Shown piece after piece: positions 50,526 to 62,870 of a stretch of 64,000 nt of DNA. The stretch's first letter is position 1. Every line of letters begins with the position of its first letter. The stretch is taken from positions 22,258,001 through 22,322,000 of the forward strand of contig CM119371.1 of NCBI GenBank assembly GCA_051294905.1. Reading direction: 5' to 3'. Below the pieces are notes generated by a model. It had not been told where the DNA came from and did not search any database. It was given only the letters and a program-made list of their open reading frames with translations. The DNA comes from Botryllus schlosseri (taxonomy: Eukaryota). Both the position numbers and the translations under genes were made by a program.

Positions 50526-51688
50526 GGAGTGAATCTACAGCTGTAAGGCTATGTCACCGCATGTTACATTCATAGTGTTGTCTACGAATTACTTTTTAGT
50601 CTACATAACATCAGAATTAGTGGGCGCTCTGAGTTCAAATCAGGACATTAGCGATTGCGTAGACTTTACCGACCGTATACCGCGGGCCAATCCGCCAATT
50701 CCAATACTTTGCCCGCGTCTGATGTTGGGCTTTTTCGAGGATATCATGCCCTAATCGGACCGGGCATAGGAAAGTATATTTGGGAGCTTAGAGTCGGATT
50801 ATGCCGACGCGGGTGCTTTCAGTGGAGTTTACTCAGGCGAGGACCCCCTGCGTCGGAGGGCCTGTGTCTGATGGGCGATTATGACGTCTCGCGAAAAGCA
50901 ATTCATGTCTATCTATATATGTATTGCGTCATAAATACCACGAATTTTGGTAGTGTCAATTTCTATGAACTCTGGCTGGTATTGCTAAAAGTCCTCGCAT
51001 TTGTAAGTATAAAATAGTCATTTCGCGTTGGCAGCAATTCGGTTCAATAGCCTACCGTCTTCAATACGATTCTTTATTCGCTGCGTGTGTTGTAAATACA
51101 TGAGTTGATATAGGTGTCCGACTGTCCGTATACTATTTACCAGCTCAACAGCATAGCGTAGGTTGCAAACCAGGCCATCGCGATTTTGTGGTACTAAATC
51201 TTGCTTTCACACTCATTTCAATGTGTGAAAACGACTCGAATACACCAATCGTTATGCAGATATATCCTATATGTGGGTTGGGTTCTACCTTTGTGTGTCA
51301 CCTTTTCGCCATCTCCTTGGGTAGAACACGATTACAGAATCTATTATACTCCTGGCTTATAGCCCCACATGAATTGCGCGATATACCTCATATGCGCTCT
51401 ACGCTATTGTGGAAATATTCAAAAACACGATTTTTGTGTACAGTGTTGTTATGCAATTGAAGAATACATTGATACTGAAATGTACCCGAATATTTACGGC
51501 CTACAATCGTCAGGGATGTAGTGGTGTAGATTTAGCGCATTGTGAAGTGTAATTAGATGAGTGAAAATCTTTGGGAGTATTTACAGGATTTTCACCATGG
51601 CGTAGGGTGAAAACCAGTCCTATCACGTGTACATTTACAGTACAGATGGTTTAATAGTGGCAGAGTGACCGCAGTTACTTTTCAAGAG

Positions 51689-51750
51689 TTCCTTGGAGGT
51701 AGAGAACTTTAATATAAAATTGAAATGAACCCGAATATTTTCGGCTGACA
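51689..51750. mobile_element. Family D terminus fragment
   Basis: ttccttggaggtagagaactttaatata...gaaatgaacccgaatattttcggctgac. Confidence 0.65.
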
Positions 51751-52554
51751 ATTACTTTTCAGTGATATTGCTGCACCATTAATGAACCGCATTCGTTTCA
51801 TCGAATGAAAGAGTGGTTCGCACAGGTTCGTAGGGTATTTAGCTGTACTGCTCTTCTGCGACATGTATCACTCTCGCTGCGCCTTTGTCCTACGCCGCGC
51901 TTAGCGCGGGTTTTATCCGCAAAGCCAGGCACCTTATCAACTCTCTCACGCAGGCCGATGTAGCGCATTCCTGCCGCGAGACGCCGTGTCTCGCACGCAC
52001 GGCTGAGCGGTGTCGAAAGTGTCAATGGCACCTTTTATTAGGAGACTGGTTTGTGTGCTGCGCTTTCTTGGCGGTGGGCTGCGTGTCGTTAGGGTTGAGG
52101 TAGGCGACGGATGGATGTTAACGTGAAATAGGATAGGTGGTAGCGTGTGGGTAGGTGATAATGATGTAACGTTGCTCGCTGCTGTAATGCGGTTGTGTGA
52201 GTGTCGCGTGTCGGGGTCTGATGCTAATACAGGCGTGATTTATCGGTTATGCTTTGCGTTTGTGACAGGGAATATTTTTCGCAGTGTTTGGCTAGGAGTG
52301 GAAATTTTACTACCGCCTTACGCCTTTAAAATCTGAGGATTATCATGCTTTTACGAATGACATTTATGGCGAATTTACTATGTCCGTTTTAACTGATGGA
52401 CAGACAGAGAGATAGATAAGAAGCATATTTACGATGATAAAGTATTTCTGTGAACTAACTATCGGAGAGACGACCTTTAGGTAGTAAAGTCAGTCGATCA
52501 CATATAATCATGATAATACATAGACCTTAATTCACATTACAAATTAATGAGAGC

Positions 52555-53387
52555 TTCTTGGAGGTTTGGAACTTCAATATACAGTTGAATAATGTATTCA
52601 CGTTGAAATAGACCCGAATATTTTCGGCTGACAGTCGTCAGGGGTAATCGCCAGCAAGTAGTAGAGAATTGGAAAAGTGTAATGGAGTAATGTAATGAGT
52701 AATATTAATAACGCTATAGATACGCTCATGTGATGAGTATGATATTATATCTGAAAAGATTTTCAGAGGTATAGCACTTTAATGTACAATTGAATCTTGA
52801 ATTCACATTGAAATATAATTGAATATTTCCGTATGGCACTCTTCCGTAATCTTCAGCAACTAGTGGACAATTGAAAGAAATTTGCATGATACGACTGTTC
52901 AATGTTGATATATGCAAAGGTCTATTCAATTTTTCTAGTGCAGTGGTTCCCAACGTGGGCGATATCGCCGCGATTTGGCGGCCTAGGGGAGCGAAAATGA
53001 CGAAGGGAGCGATAGGGGGCGAAAATGGACAGAGGGCGACAGGGGGCGAAAATAGCGAAGGGGGCGATGACGCGTCAAAAGTCAAAACGGCTGACCTTTT
53101 TTTTTGGTCAACCCACACGGAAATTCAGTTGCAAAAGTGTCAAATTCCACATCGAGCCGAAAAGTTTATCTTTTTTTTTAGTCAACCCGCCGGTGATTAC
53201 AGTTTGTATGCCCATTTTTCGGTACACAAAATTTGGAGGGCGATGATCGGTGTTGAGCTTGAAAAGGGGGCGATTGGTCGAAAAAGGTTGGGAACCACTA
53301 ATCTAGTGCATGGTTGCTGACGATGACCCCTGATGAGTGTTAGCCGAAAATGTTTGTGTTTATTTCAATATGAATATAACATTCAAT
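52555..53387. mobile_element. Family D TIR element interrupted by a hAT MITE
   Basis: Left ttcttggaggt...cccgaatattttcggctgac..gtcaggggtaatcg; mirrored right arm tgacga..acccctga.gagtgt.agccgaaaat...atttcaatatgaatat. Confidence 0.8.
52941..53300. mobile_element. hAT MITE, 360 bp, with GGGGCGA internal repeats
   Basis: cagtggttcccaac / gttgggaaccacta; TSD ttctagtg/atctagtg. Confidence 0.9.
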
Positions 53388-53435
53388 GATTCTATACATA
53401 TTATGACGTATTTACGGTTGTAAGACTGCCCAGAT

Positions 53436-53714
53436 CAGTGGTTCTCAACCTGGGGGGCGCGAAGAAGCGGTGAGCTGATTTTTTTTCGCGCTTTGCGTGA
53501 TTTACCTCCAATTCACGCGTGTTTCTCTATATCTAGATCGAATTTCATATTTTTGAATTCTCTCATCAACAGTCATAACCTTCCATGCCATCAAACAATC
53601 TGTTGGGGTTGCTAGCATCCCGGTTGGATTTTGTGATATGACGATAAGGGGGGCGCGACAATTTTCACTATCACAAAGGGGGGCGTGTCTCAAAAATAAG
53701 GTTGAGAACTACTG
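53436..53714. mobile_element. hAT MITE family C, 279 bp
   Basis: cagtggttctcaacc / ggttgagaactactg; TSD gcccagat/cactagat (5/8). Confidence 0.85.
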
Positions 53715-54532
53715 CACTAGATGAAACAAGTACGGTAACTTCACAAATTCAAAATCATGATCACGAAAGAACAAACGCTTACGTAATTTTAAGTCGACAT
53801 AGACAATCTTTGCATTGTTGCGGACATATGTTGTACCGTTTTGCATTGCGGTTTATACTAGTAGCATTATGAACCCGAATTGATGATCCTGAATAATGAT
53901 TACATGGAATCTACTATGGTACAGTGCGAATCGAATTTTCGGTGTCATTATTCTCACGGGTTTCGTGTAGACACGTCGGATGTGGCAATGTCGATAATAA
54001 TGCGTAATGTAGATGTTCAGTAACGTTATCTCGATTAGGTGAGAAAATCGTGCGTAAGTGCCTCCGCGCGTGATATCGTGGCGCGAATGTAATAGTGATC
54101 CGAGCGTTATGCGGCGTGCCGAAAATCGCAACATTTTAAAAGCGATGTTTCGACGACAACTCGATTTCACGGCTATTTTTCAATTTGAGAAGGAGTTGTT
54201 ATTTAAATCGCAGGTATCTGTAATTAAATCCAGCGAAATCAGTCGAAGTAATTCGGGTTTTACGGGCATTGCGTTGCGTTTTTTTCGACAGATGCCTAGA
54301 TCCCGGAATGATGGTGCATTTACGCGCAGACGCTGTGAATATTTGATAGCGAGAAGTGGTGGATGAGAGCCGTACGGAATTGAGAGCATTAGAAGGGCTG
54401 AATGACGTGCGCAGGTTCGGGTTGCGTATCGTCTTTCTGAGCCTTTTACCGATGCTGTTGATGCAGCGGAAATGCGGTGTTTAATTATGCGGGGGTATTT
54501 GAGTGCTTAGTGCGTTTTACCCTGCTGAATAA

Positions 54533-54800
54533 GCACGGTAGCTTGTGGTATTCTGTCGTGTATAGTGGTGCAGTTTCTGTTTACACCATTGGCAGCGATA
54601 TTTCAGTTTTAGGTGCGTTATTCCGAGTTGAAAAGTCCATTAGCTTCTGGTATTATTCGTACGATGTATGGGGTGTAAGTTTTGTTTCGACCATTGGCAG
54701 GAATATTTCACTTCTATTCGAATTTTGCTGCGTTGAATAGGCACAGTAGCTCTTGGTATCTTTTCGCACGAAACATGAGGGTGTGAACTCTGTTTCCACC
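54533..54800. repeat. Degenerate tandem array, ~3 units of ~103 bp
   Basis: tagct..tggtat...gttt.tgttt..accattggcag at 54533, 54635, 54741. Confidence 0.7.
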
Positions 54801-56094
54801 TCTTATAATTCAATGCTAGGCGTATATCAGTGAGTAACGTAATCTTTGATAAAATGTATGGATATGGAACCAATTACCACCCCTTATCATGGTATTTCAT
54901 TGGTCTGTGATTTTCGGGGATCCGTACCATCGCATATAACTGATATGCAGTAAAATATGTGTGTGGGTGATATGTCATTGCCATTCCCGCCGTGGCGATT
55001 ATTTTTGAGTTATATCTGTAGTTGAATTGATAAACTCAACAGTACAGATGCGATACTGACCCTAAAGCTGATATCCGTTGTGTTCCAAAATGTATCGGGC
55101 CTGTTACAAATACCCAATAGTTTCTATACAGTATAATAAAATATTATATTAATTATTCTTTCGATATTTACAAGCTCTTGGCATATTGGGTTAGCCTTGC
55201 AATGCATAAACGTGTAAGGTTCGTCTATATCGCTGTAGAGACACGTTGTGAAGTCACGGAAGGATTGTAGACGAATTATCTTTTTGTTCGACACGTAGGC
55301 GAAAATTCACCTGCTATTTGGTTGTCTTGTGGGCAATAATAAATGTTAATCACTGTTGCACATCTCGGCGCTAAACACCGAATACTGGATCCGTGAATCA
55401 TTGAAAACACTCATTGGCATTCTGATGTGAATGCGTTAGTTAGATATCCGATTTCCGTAGGCGAGAGATTATTCAAGTCTTTACCGCTTGCATTACGGTA
55501 AAGCAATGTTTTCACATCGAAATCTGTGCCTTTCTTTGCGAAATCCACCAGTTCTTCCAGCATACGCGATGCGACGACTTTAATTCGATTACTGATTTTC
55601 GGATTTCACCCGGTGCCCGGAGTCTAATCGCATTTTCACAGTTCCCGCTGTGTCCCGATGTCGGCCGATTATGTCTCAGATAAACGGCCATTTGAGCTCG
55701 TAATGTGACTGAAAAGTCTGGTTTTTATCGCTAGCAGCATTGTTCTGTGTGGCGTTTATGCAAAAGTTGAGCGACTCTGTGTTACTTAAAAGGTTTCCCG
55801 CTAGCTAATGATAAGACGACTCCTTTGTTGGGTTTCCTGCGAGGTCTAACGCGAATGCGATACTCGTTATTTTGATAGTTCCGTATTATTTTCGACAGGA
55901 ATCGTTACGATATCCGTAGCTTTTACAGTTTTAGTTGTTTGATATTATCGGGAGTACAAGCTCGCAATGTTGTATCACCAGGTAAACGCGTTCATGAGAT
56001 TACTATATAAGGTTTTGTAAGTACTGTAACCATCGAGGTGTAATCCATATAAATAAGTGCAATACGAACTCGAACTCGGAAGTATTCGAAGATA

Positions 56095-56320
56095 TTCTTG
56101 GAGATGCAGAACTTCAACATACAATTAAATAGTATATTCGTATTGAATCGTAGCCGAATGTTTTAAGCCGACACTCGTCAGCAACTATAGTTAAGAATTG
56201 GTGATACGATTGTTGATATGCAATGTTCTTTACAATTCTCGACTAGTTGCTGACGATTACCCCTGAAGAGCGTCAGCCGAAAATATTCCTGCTCATTTCA
56301 ATATGAATATACTATTCAAT
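56095..56320. mobile_element. Family D short copy with both arms
   Basis: ttcttggagatgcagaacttcaa... and ...gacgattacccctgaagagcgtcagccgaaaatattc...atttcaatatgaatatactattcaat. Confidence 0.75.
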
Positions 56321-56535
56321 CGCTCGGAAGTAGCTTGCAAATGTGACCGTATTTCAAAATTGTCCGCCTCTGGCTTTAAAACATAACCAATTAGTCTTTC
56401 ACTGTAAACATGTGTGGAAAATAGATGTATTTATCAGATTTCGTAGCTTGTAGCGTGCGCATTATGTGTGGATTGAAGAATTGAGTCAATTGGCCTATGT
56501 GGCAAAGTCCGTCAAACAGTGTAATTCTGTTTCAG

Positions 56536-56675
56536 ATGCCAGCGATCGCGAACGTGAACCCGGGATTCGGACGACCTTTGTCGGCTCAGCATGTGACGTC
56601 ACAAAGCCCGTGGAACGGCGGGCACGACGCCAATCACCGGAGGAACCCGTCTTACACGGAAGTCGAAACGGCTAG
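56536..56675 (+). CDS. Host gene exon H (MPAIANVNPG...YTEVETA)
   Basis: aattctgtttcag| ... ag|gtaaga; phase 0 in, phase 2 out. Confidence 0.85.
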
Positions 56676-56799
56676 GTAAGAATCGCGACGTGCCATAACT
56701 GTTTGAATTAAAAACGGAGAATGAATGTTTTGAAAAGGGTAAGTGGTTTTAAAAGTCGATTTGGTCGGAGGTGGTGTACTTCGTAATGACAGATGATAC

Positions 56800-57240
56800 T
56801 GCAAATCACAGATGTTCAAAATGAATTTTTATTTTACAAATTTTTGCGGCTATTTAATGAAGTTGCTAGGTTTGTTATGAAAGAATTGCACACCAAATTT
56901 GTCTTAGCACCAACCAGTAGAAGTGAAGTTATAGGAGTCGAGATTTTAAAGACATTGTATTTTTTCAAATTTCACTGTCTACCCTATGAAATTGTAAAAA
57001 TTGTCGAAAGAAACGATGCAGAGCAAATTTGGCATGTTTCCGACTGGTAGACGCGACGTTATTGGAGTTGAAAATTTTGGATTTAAAGGAATATTGTATT
57101 TACGGTGGGTAATCTCAGAATTAGTGATGCAAAACTCAAGTAAGCTCATTTCTACGGGTTGGAATTGTGCCAAAGTTGTTTTGCATCGTGTTTGTAAACA
57201 ACTTGACAATTTAATGGGTTAGCCAATAAAATTTGAAAAA
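56800..57240. mobile_element. Highly diverged foldback-family remnant
   Basis: cacaccaaatttg, ccagtagaag.g.agttat, ccctatgaaattg and aaacgatg motifs shared with the foldback copies. Confidence 0.55.
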
Positions 57241-58286
57241 AGTTCAATATCTTTTCTTGACTTTCTTCTTGACTCCCAGGGCCTATTCAGTAGCATAAAA
57301 ATCTAGCCACTTGACCAATACATGAACCGTGATAACCTCGCAACGGAGTTTCACTGTCCGAGGTCACTTCAATTCGGGGTGGATGCGTCGTATAAATTTC
57401 ACGAGGTCCCCATTATTTATGTATGCCGCTATCGTCCGCGATGAATAAATCATCGCGACATTCGCACTTCATATTTTGCGGGCAGTAATAGTATAGGATT
57501 AGGTTTTAATGTCAGAGGTGGTCGGGTCGGTAATGTGAAAAAGTGTCGATAAATTCACATCAATCTCGGCATACTTCGCACTATGCATCTCTCCTGTAGC
57601 ATTTTCAGGAAAACCAGAATACTAATTGGGAGTAGTATTAAAATTAGAGCAAAAAATATCTCTAAAGTAGGCCGTGATCTCACTAATTAGATAAAAATCA
57701 CAGCAAAGAAGCATTTCGCTGTAGTTCAAAGGCTCCCAACCATTTTGACACCGTTGGTCCCCTTTGAAAATTTTGAATATACCTTCAAACCGTCTAAGAT
57801 ATTTGAAAAACATCACTCTAAATGAAAAACTTGCGTATACCAGTAAAGTGGAGTGGCTATAAAGATGATAAATTTGAAACTTAATTTTCATCAAATTTCT
57901 GCTGGTCTGGAAAATATTCATGTCACCTGGAAATGGCTGATTGCCCCGTATTATCCAGCTATCAGAGTCTGCCTGCGCCTTACGACCGAAATGTTGTCCC
58001 AAGTTCATAGGTAGATTCACTATGTCTCACCTACACGGTATGACTTCGAACGAAGTTTGTTCACAGTCCGTGAAATACATGATCGCAATGTTTGGTGTTT
58101 AAAATTTCATTTCCGAATCACGTTGTCTTGTCTTCACGGCACCGGCGTGTTTTGATGAGTCAACATTCGCAACACTGGATAGTATTATTCATTGGCGAGC
58201 ATTGTTGTCGAAAACATCCAATTGTTTTTGAAACATACGCCTTATTGTCATGTCTCGCGGTTCCGACGATTTGACTCAATTTCCAG

Positions 58287-58435
58287 ACAGGAGATTCCGA
58301 AGAAATCCGACAAAAAACCGGTTTTCAGAAGGCATCAGGACAAGGATGACATCATCATGTCTTCGGACCTGCAAGAGCAGCTGGCCGAATTGGACAAGTG
58401 CATAGCGGAGCTGACGACAAACATGGATATCCCAA
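58287..58435 (+). CDS. Host gene exon I (RQEIPKKSDK...LAELDKCIAELTTNMDIP)
   Basis: gactcaatttccag| ... ccaa|gtagga; phase 2 in, phase 1 out. Confidence 0.85.
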
Positions 58436-58599
58436 GTAGGATTGGTTACTGTGCTGGTATAGTGGCTATGGAGCTAGGTGGCTTTTTCCTATAAAGACAC
58501 AGGCTGCCGTTAAAGATGGCCCAAATCGAACACTGCCAACTGGATTCACATACTGAAAATTTGGCTCGAATCGAATCGCCGCGTTGAACAGTATTTTAC

Positions 58600-59035
58600 A
58601 CTTGAGCAGCATATTCATATCGAAACGAACCCGAATATTTTCGGCTGGCATTCGTCAGGTGTAATCGTCAGCAACTAATAGAGAATTGGAAAGAACATTG
58701 TATATCAACAATCGTTTCACAAAATATGGCGTCACCAGCAGGAGATTTCGAATACGAGAGCGTTCAGTGTACTATTTTCAGATGGTACACGAACTGCTTT
58801 TGTTGGCACAGCCTTGGCTGGTGTATTGTGATAAATGTCGACTCCAAGGCACACAAATGAGACTGTGAACGGCCCCTCCCAACGACGCGAAATCTGTCGT
58901 CTCGATAATTTGTCGCACGAGCTGGATGTTTGTTGGATAACGATTGCCCCTGACGAGTGTCATCCGAAAATATTCGGGTTCATTTCAATATGAATATATT
59001 ATTCAATTTTATATTGAAGTTCTGTACCTCCGCAA
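58600..59035. mobile_element. Family D TIR element
   Basis: Inverted arms cccgaatattttcggctg..a.tcgtcagg / cctgacgagtgtcatccgaaaatattcggg; right end ...aagttctgtacctcc. Confidence 0.8.
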
Positions 59036-59324
59036 TCGCAACTCGAAGCGATTCGCGCTGTGAAAAGCGAGGACTATTGCATGTAACGAAATAATAATAA
59101 TCATGCTCATGGATCACCAATGATCTATCAGCGTGATCGTCGCATTGGCTGAAGCAGCGAGAATGTAGAGTTTTTGAAGGCTTAAACTGGAGCCTAAAGA
59201 TAGTTGTTCACGTGATTGGAAAGCCATGGAAACCTCCCCATTCCAAACCGGTTTTAGTTATCAGGGTCGTCTTTTTCTGTCGACTACAAGCGTTTCGATT
59301 CTGAGTTTGCTGCTATTGATTCAG

Positions 59325-59406
59325 GTCCGAGGGAGTCTGTAGACACGGAACCTACGCCGCCAAAGCAGCAGCTTCATAATTCCCAATCACCTCCGTCCAA
59401 TACAAA
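59325..59406 (+). CDS. Host gene exon J (SPRESVDTEP...SPPSNT)
   Basis: ctattgattcag| ... caaa|gtgagt; phase 1 in, phase 2 out; not in the ORF track. Confidence 0.8.
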
Positions 59407-60095
59407 GTGAGTTATATTCTACTTGAAAGAGACCTGCATTTTCGCCCACCAATGCCTCTCGGCATGTTTCCGTCAACCCAATCCGCCGCCTTCTATGTTC
59501 TCGCCCCATTATGACACAAAATTGTGCGCAGTTGCTTAAATCGCCTTTGGAATTGTTATCAGTGAATTCGGCAATTTGTGATTGTGGCACTTGGCTGACC
59601 TTGATACTTATCTTAAATACCCCTACCCCGTAGGCGGGCGACTTCTCCAGTCGGCGGGCCGGATATACGAAAATGAAGTACTTAACGGTCCCGATTCCTA
59701 AATCGATACAGTAACCGTATTTATCCACATATACAAGGAATAAATCGTGTATAATGTGGATTTTAAGTTGAAAGCATTGAGGCCTAAACCGTATTTAATG
59801 GATTTACTGCTTCTAGTATCTCAAATACGTTTTAATTTCTTGATAGAAAAATGCAGATAGGGTTTTACAGAGAATTCAAAAAGGTGTCTTGGTGAACATT
59901 GTTCGAAACCGTCCCTTATTTCTCATTCCCTAACATCAACAAAAGCAGCACATATTAACAGTACAATTCACTGCTTTCAATTTAGAAATAGAATTATTAC
60001 GCGGTAGAATACAGCTAAAAGTTTTTTGACTCGGCTCCCAAATGTATTCTCTGCTTCTCATTTGACTAACGGAGAGAAATAATCGCCCACCCCTA

Positions 60096-60235
60096 GTTAG
60101 ATTGTTAATTTTCATGGTCGAAAATGTGTGCACACCTGTCTGTAGACCTGAACGAACATAGCATGTAGTTTCAAGGCCACCTTTCTCTGACCGCGTGCCA
60201 CATAATCATAAAAGCCGGGAAACTGTCTGCGGGTC
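60096..60235 (-). mobile_element. Second hAT dimerisation-motif relic, paralogous to 41051-41308
   Basis: ttcatggtcga.aatg, tgtagacc.gaac and gccacat.atcat..aagcc...tgtctgcggg are shared with 41140-41280. Confidence 0.6.
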
Positions 60236-60346
60236 GCTCAAAATCTCTTCGTGGGTCGGATACTCTGTTACTCTGATACGTTGTGTGTTGGCGACGCAGT
60301 CGACCAGGATCCTTATATTGCATTACCACCGTTTCGTCCGTTTCAG

Positions 60347-60462
60347 CCTTTCGCCCCCGATCCCCAGCCCGCCGCGCCGGTCCAAGAGCAGCTTCGACTC
60401 TTACAAGCGCCTGTCGCACGATTTCGACCCTACCTCGCCACGGAAAAGTTCCACGGACCCAA
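60347..60462 (+). CDS. Host gene exon K (NLSPPIPSPPRRSKSS...KSSTDP)
   Basis: cgtccgtttcag| acceptor in phase 2; putative donor ccaa|gtacgg (3' boundary less certain). Confidence 0.75.
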
Positions 60463-60591
60463 GTACGGACCATCTGTTTTATCATTTGTACTTGAAGGCA
60501 AAGCTGGACAACTACAGAAATTTCAACTCATTCCAATATCAAGTCAGAGGCCATTCTCGCAAACATGAGAAGGCCAAAAATGTCTGTACGC

Positions 60592-60810
60592 TAGGGCTCT
60601 TCAAAAATGACTTTTTTTTCTCTCAAATCGTACTGGTTACTTGATATGATTGTTAGGTTACCTAATTTAAGCCTACACACCAAATTTGGTTCAATTCCAA
60701 CCAGGAGAAGAAAGTTTCTACTTACTATATAAAAATAAATAACAAAAAATTTAAAAATTTTCTGTTCACCCCATGAAACTGTTAGGTTGTCTATAGAAAC
60801 GATATTCACG
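60592..60810. mobile_element. Foldback hAT MITE, left arm fragment
   Basis: tagggctcttcaaaaatgacttttt...caccccatgaaactgttaggttgtctatagaaacgat. Confidence 0.8.
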
Positions 60811-61218
60811 AAATATTTAAGTTCAAAGGGATACCATTTCGGGTCAAATCATTACTGTTTCGTCACTGTTTTCAATTCGAGAACACCGTTTGGATACTAC
60901 ACTAGCCCTAATGCAGTCCATACCACAGTGTCAGTTATGAGAGCACCTCGTAGGTGTTTCTTATCTAAGCTGTTTTTCGAAAAAGAAAAAAATAATGCAA
61001 GTGCAAAATCTCAAATTCAAATCGTGTTTCCTGCGTGGCTGTATTCGTAATCCAGTATCCTTTGAAGGCGAAGTCCTGCCTGTAGTCTTGACGTCATGAG
61101 ATGATCTCTTACGTTATAGTGCGATATAGAATTTTAAGATACGCGAGACGCGGTATCCAATCTGCGCTGTGGTATTGTATGTTGCTTTTTGCCTTTTATC
61201 TAATTAGCTTTTCCACAG

Positions 61219-61283
61219 CGTGGATGTTTAAGTCACTGTATCGCGGTACACAGCCAACGCGGTATATAGTGAAGATGCCGTAA
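61219..61283 (+). CDS. Candidate terminal coding exon (T-WMFKSLYRGTQPTRYIVKMP*)
   Basis: ctaattagcttttccacag| acceptor is phase-1 compatible with exon K; an alternative acceptor near 61431 is also possible. Confidence 0.35.
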
Positions 61284-61926
61284 TGCGGTTATCTCGTAAT
61301 TACGGGCATTCGTATTGCGTAAGTGGTAGCCAGACGCCCAGACTTGACCTCTTCCGTGAGCCGTGATTCTGGTTATCCGGGCGATACGCGTCGGTTTTAA
61401 CGGTGGCTTTTAGCTTTCCGTGGATTACTGCAGATCCTCTGTGCATCGACGTAAGGGAATGTGGATATTTTTGACCATATTTCTTTCAATGATGCACTTT
61501 GTAACAATGCCGCGGTTGAATCACGCTTACACAGATGCCATTTCCGTTTCGTATGTTGCGACACCACCAATCTAGGTTTCGAGGCCTCCACTGAGGAAAA
61601 TAATATGAAAACTAGAATTCCCGTCGATAATTTTGCTCTTAAGAAGGATTCTCATACACACTCACACGATTCGTACGGTTAATTCGCGAATCATCACGAC
61701 TATTACTCGATTCGATTCCGAGCCGATGCAAGTATTCGGGTGCCACTGGTTGCGACTTCACTCCGACTTGAATTATCCAAATAAGTCCGCCTTAAGAGAC
61801 CGCGCATTAAATAATGGCCACAGTCGACTCGTGTATATAAACCTGTCGTTGCGGTTTGAGGCAATATTGCGAGCCGGTCGCTACTGAACTGAAACATCGT
61901 TTTTATGATCATGAACATCATACACC

Positions 61927-62260
61927 TTGGGTTACCAAATTTTGAAATCGGGAAAGCAGGACACCTTTTCAAAATTTTTAGACTAAAAAAAGAAAAGGTA
62001 AATACATTACCGTATGTTCTGTCACATTATGAGGAAAAAAGGTCAACTTTCCCGTTCAGCTCCCGAAATACCCGCCTGAGCATTAGTTCAGTGCTATTTT
62101 ACGGTATCTCGGTTGGAATTTGCCCTATGTTTAACCAAAATTCTCAAAAAAGAGTACAAAATCTCAAAAAAAGAGGACATTTAGGCGTCCTCGGAGGAGA
62201 TTGTCAAAAACCCGATAAAGGAAGACGAATCCCCCTAAAGGAGGACGTATGGTAACCCTA
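61927..62260. mobile_element. hAT MITE family E, opposite orientation to 21509-21888
   Basis: ttgggttacca / tggtaacccta; TSD catacacc/catatacc (7/8). Confidence 0.88.
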
Positions 62261-62870
62261 CATATACCTAGTATCTTGGTTTCAAAGCTCCAGCATTGAC
62301 AAGAAAGTATCGCGACCACAATTTTCGTTCATAGACTAACAAGGAGTGTTTATTTCGGTACCGACTCGAATCACCAAAATTGGTGCTAAAGTCCATATAG
62401 TTACGACCTAGCCATATTCCAATAGTTATTGCGAATAATTCCAGAACTGACTAGAAATATGTAGATGTACACATACGAGGCATCCTTGAAGCCTGTACGC
62501 ACAGCGTTTTGCGGCGTTGATAGAAGTTCGTAGATACTAATTATCCTACTTTTCCCCCTGTATTCCTAGCGCGCCAAAATTATAGCTCTTAGCACGCTTC
62601 GTTAATTGGATTATGAGGATATTCGGCGGATTGTAGCTACGTTGCTCATACTTAGTAGGACTTAGCATTAGACGGCCGACTGTGGTTCTGGCCCGTTTAA
62701 CGTGTATAGAATCGAACCGACGATACGTGAGTTAATGTCAGAGCTGTGTTCGGCTGATTGAAGGTAGCGTGACAGGTGTTAAAGTTTCAGGCATAAAATC
62801 AGCATTGGATGTAGTAAAAGTGTTAGTCGTTGTTTATAAGTCTGAAAATAGCTGCTCATAAGGTAATAAT

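Noticed and set aside
52871-53320. 149-aa Gly-rich ORF
   Set aside because: Runs through hAT MITE 52941-53300 and its GGGGCGA repeats
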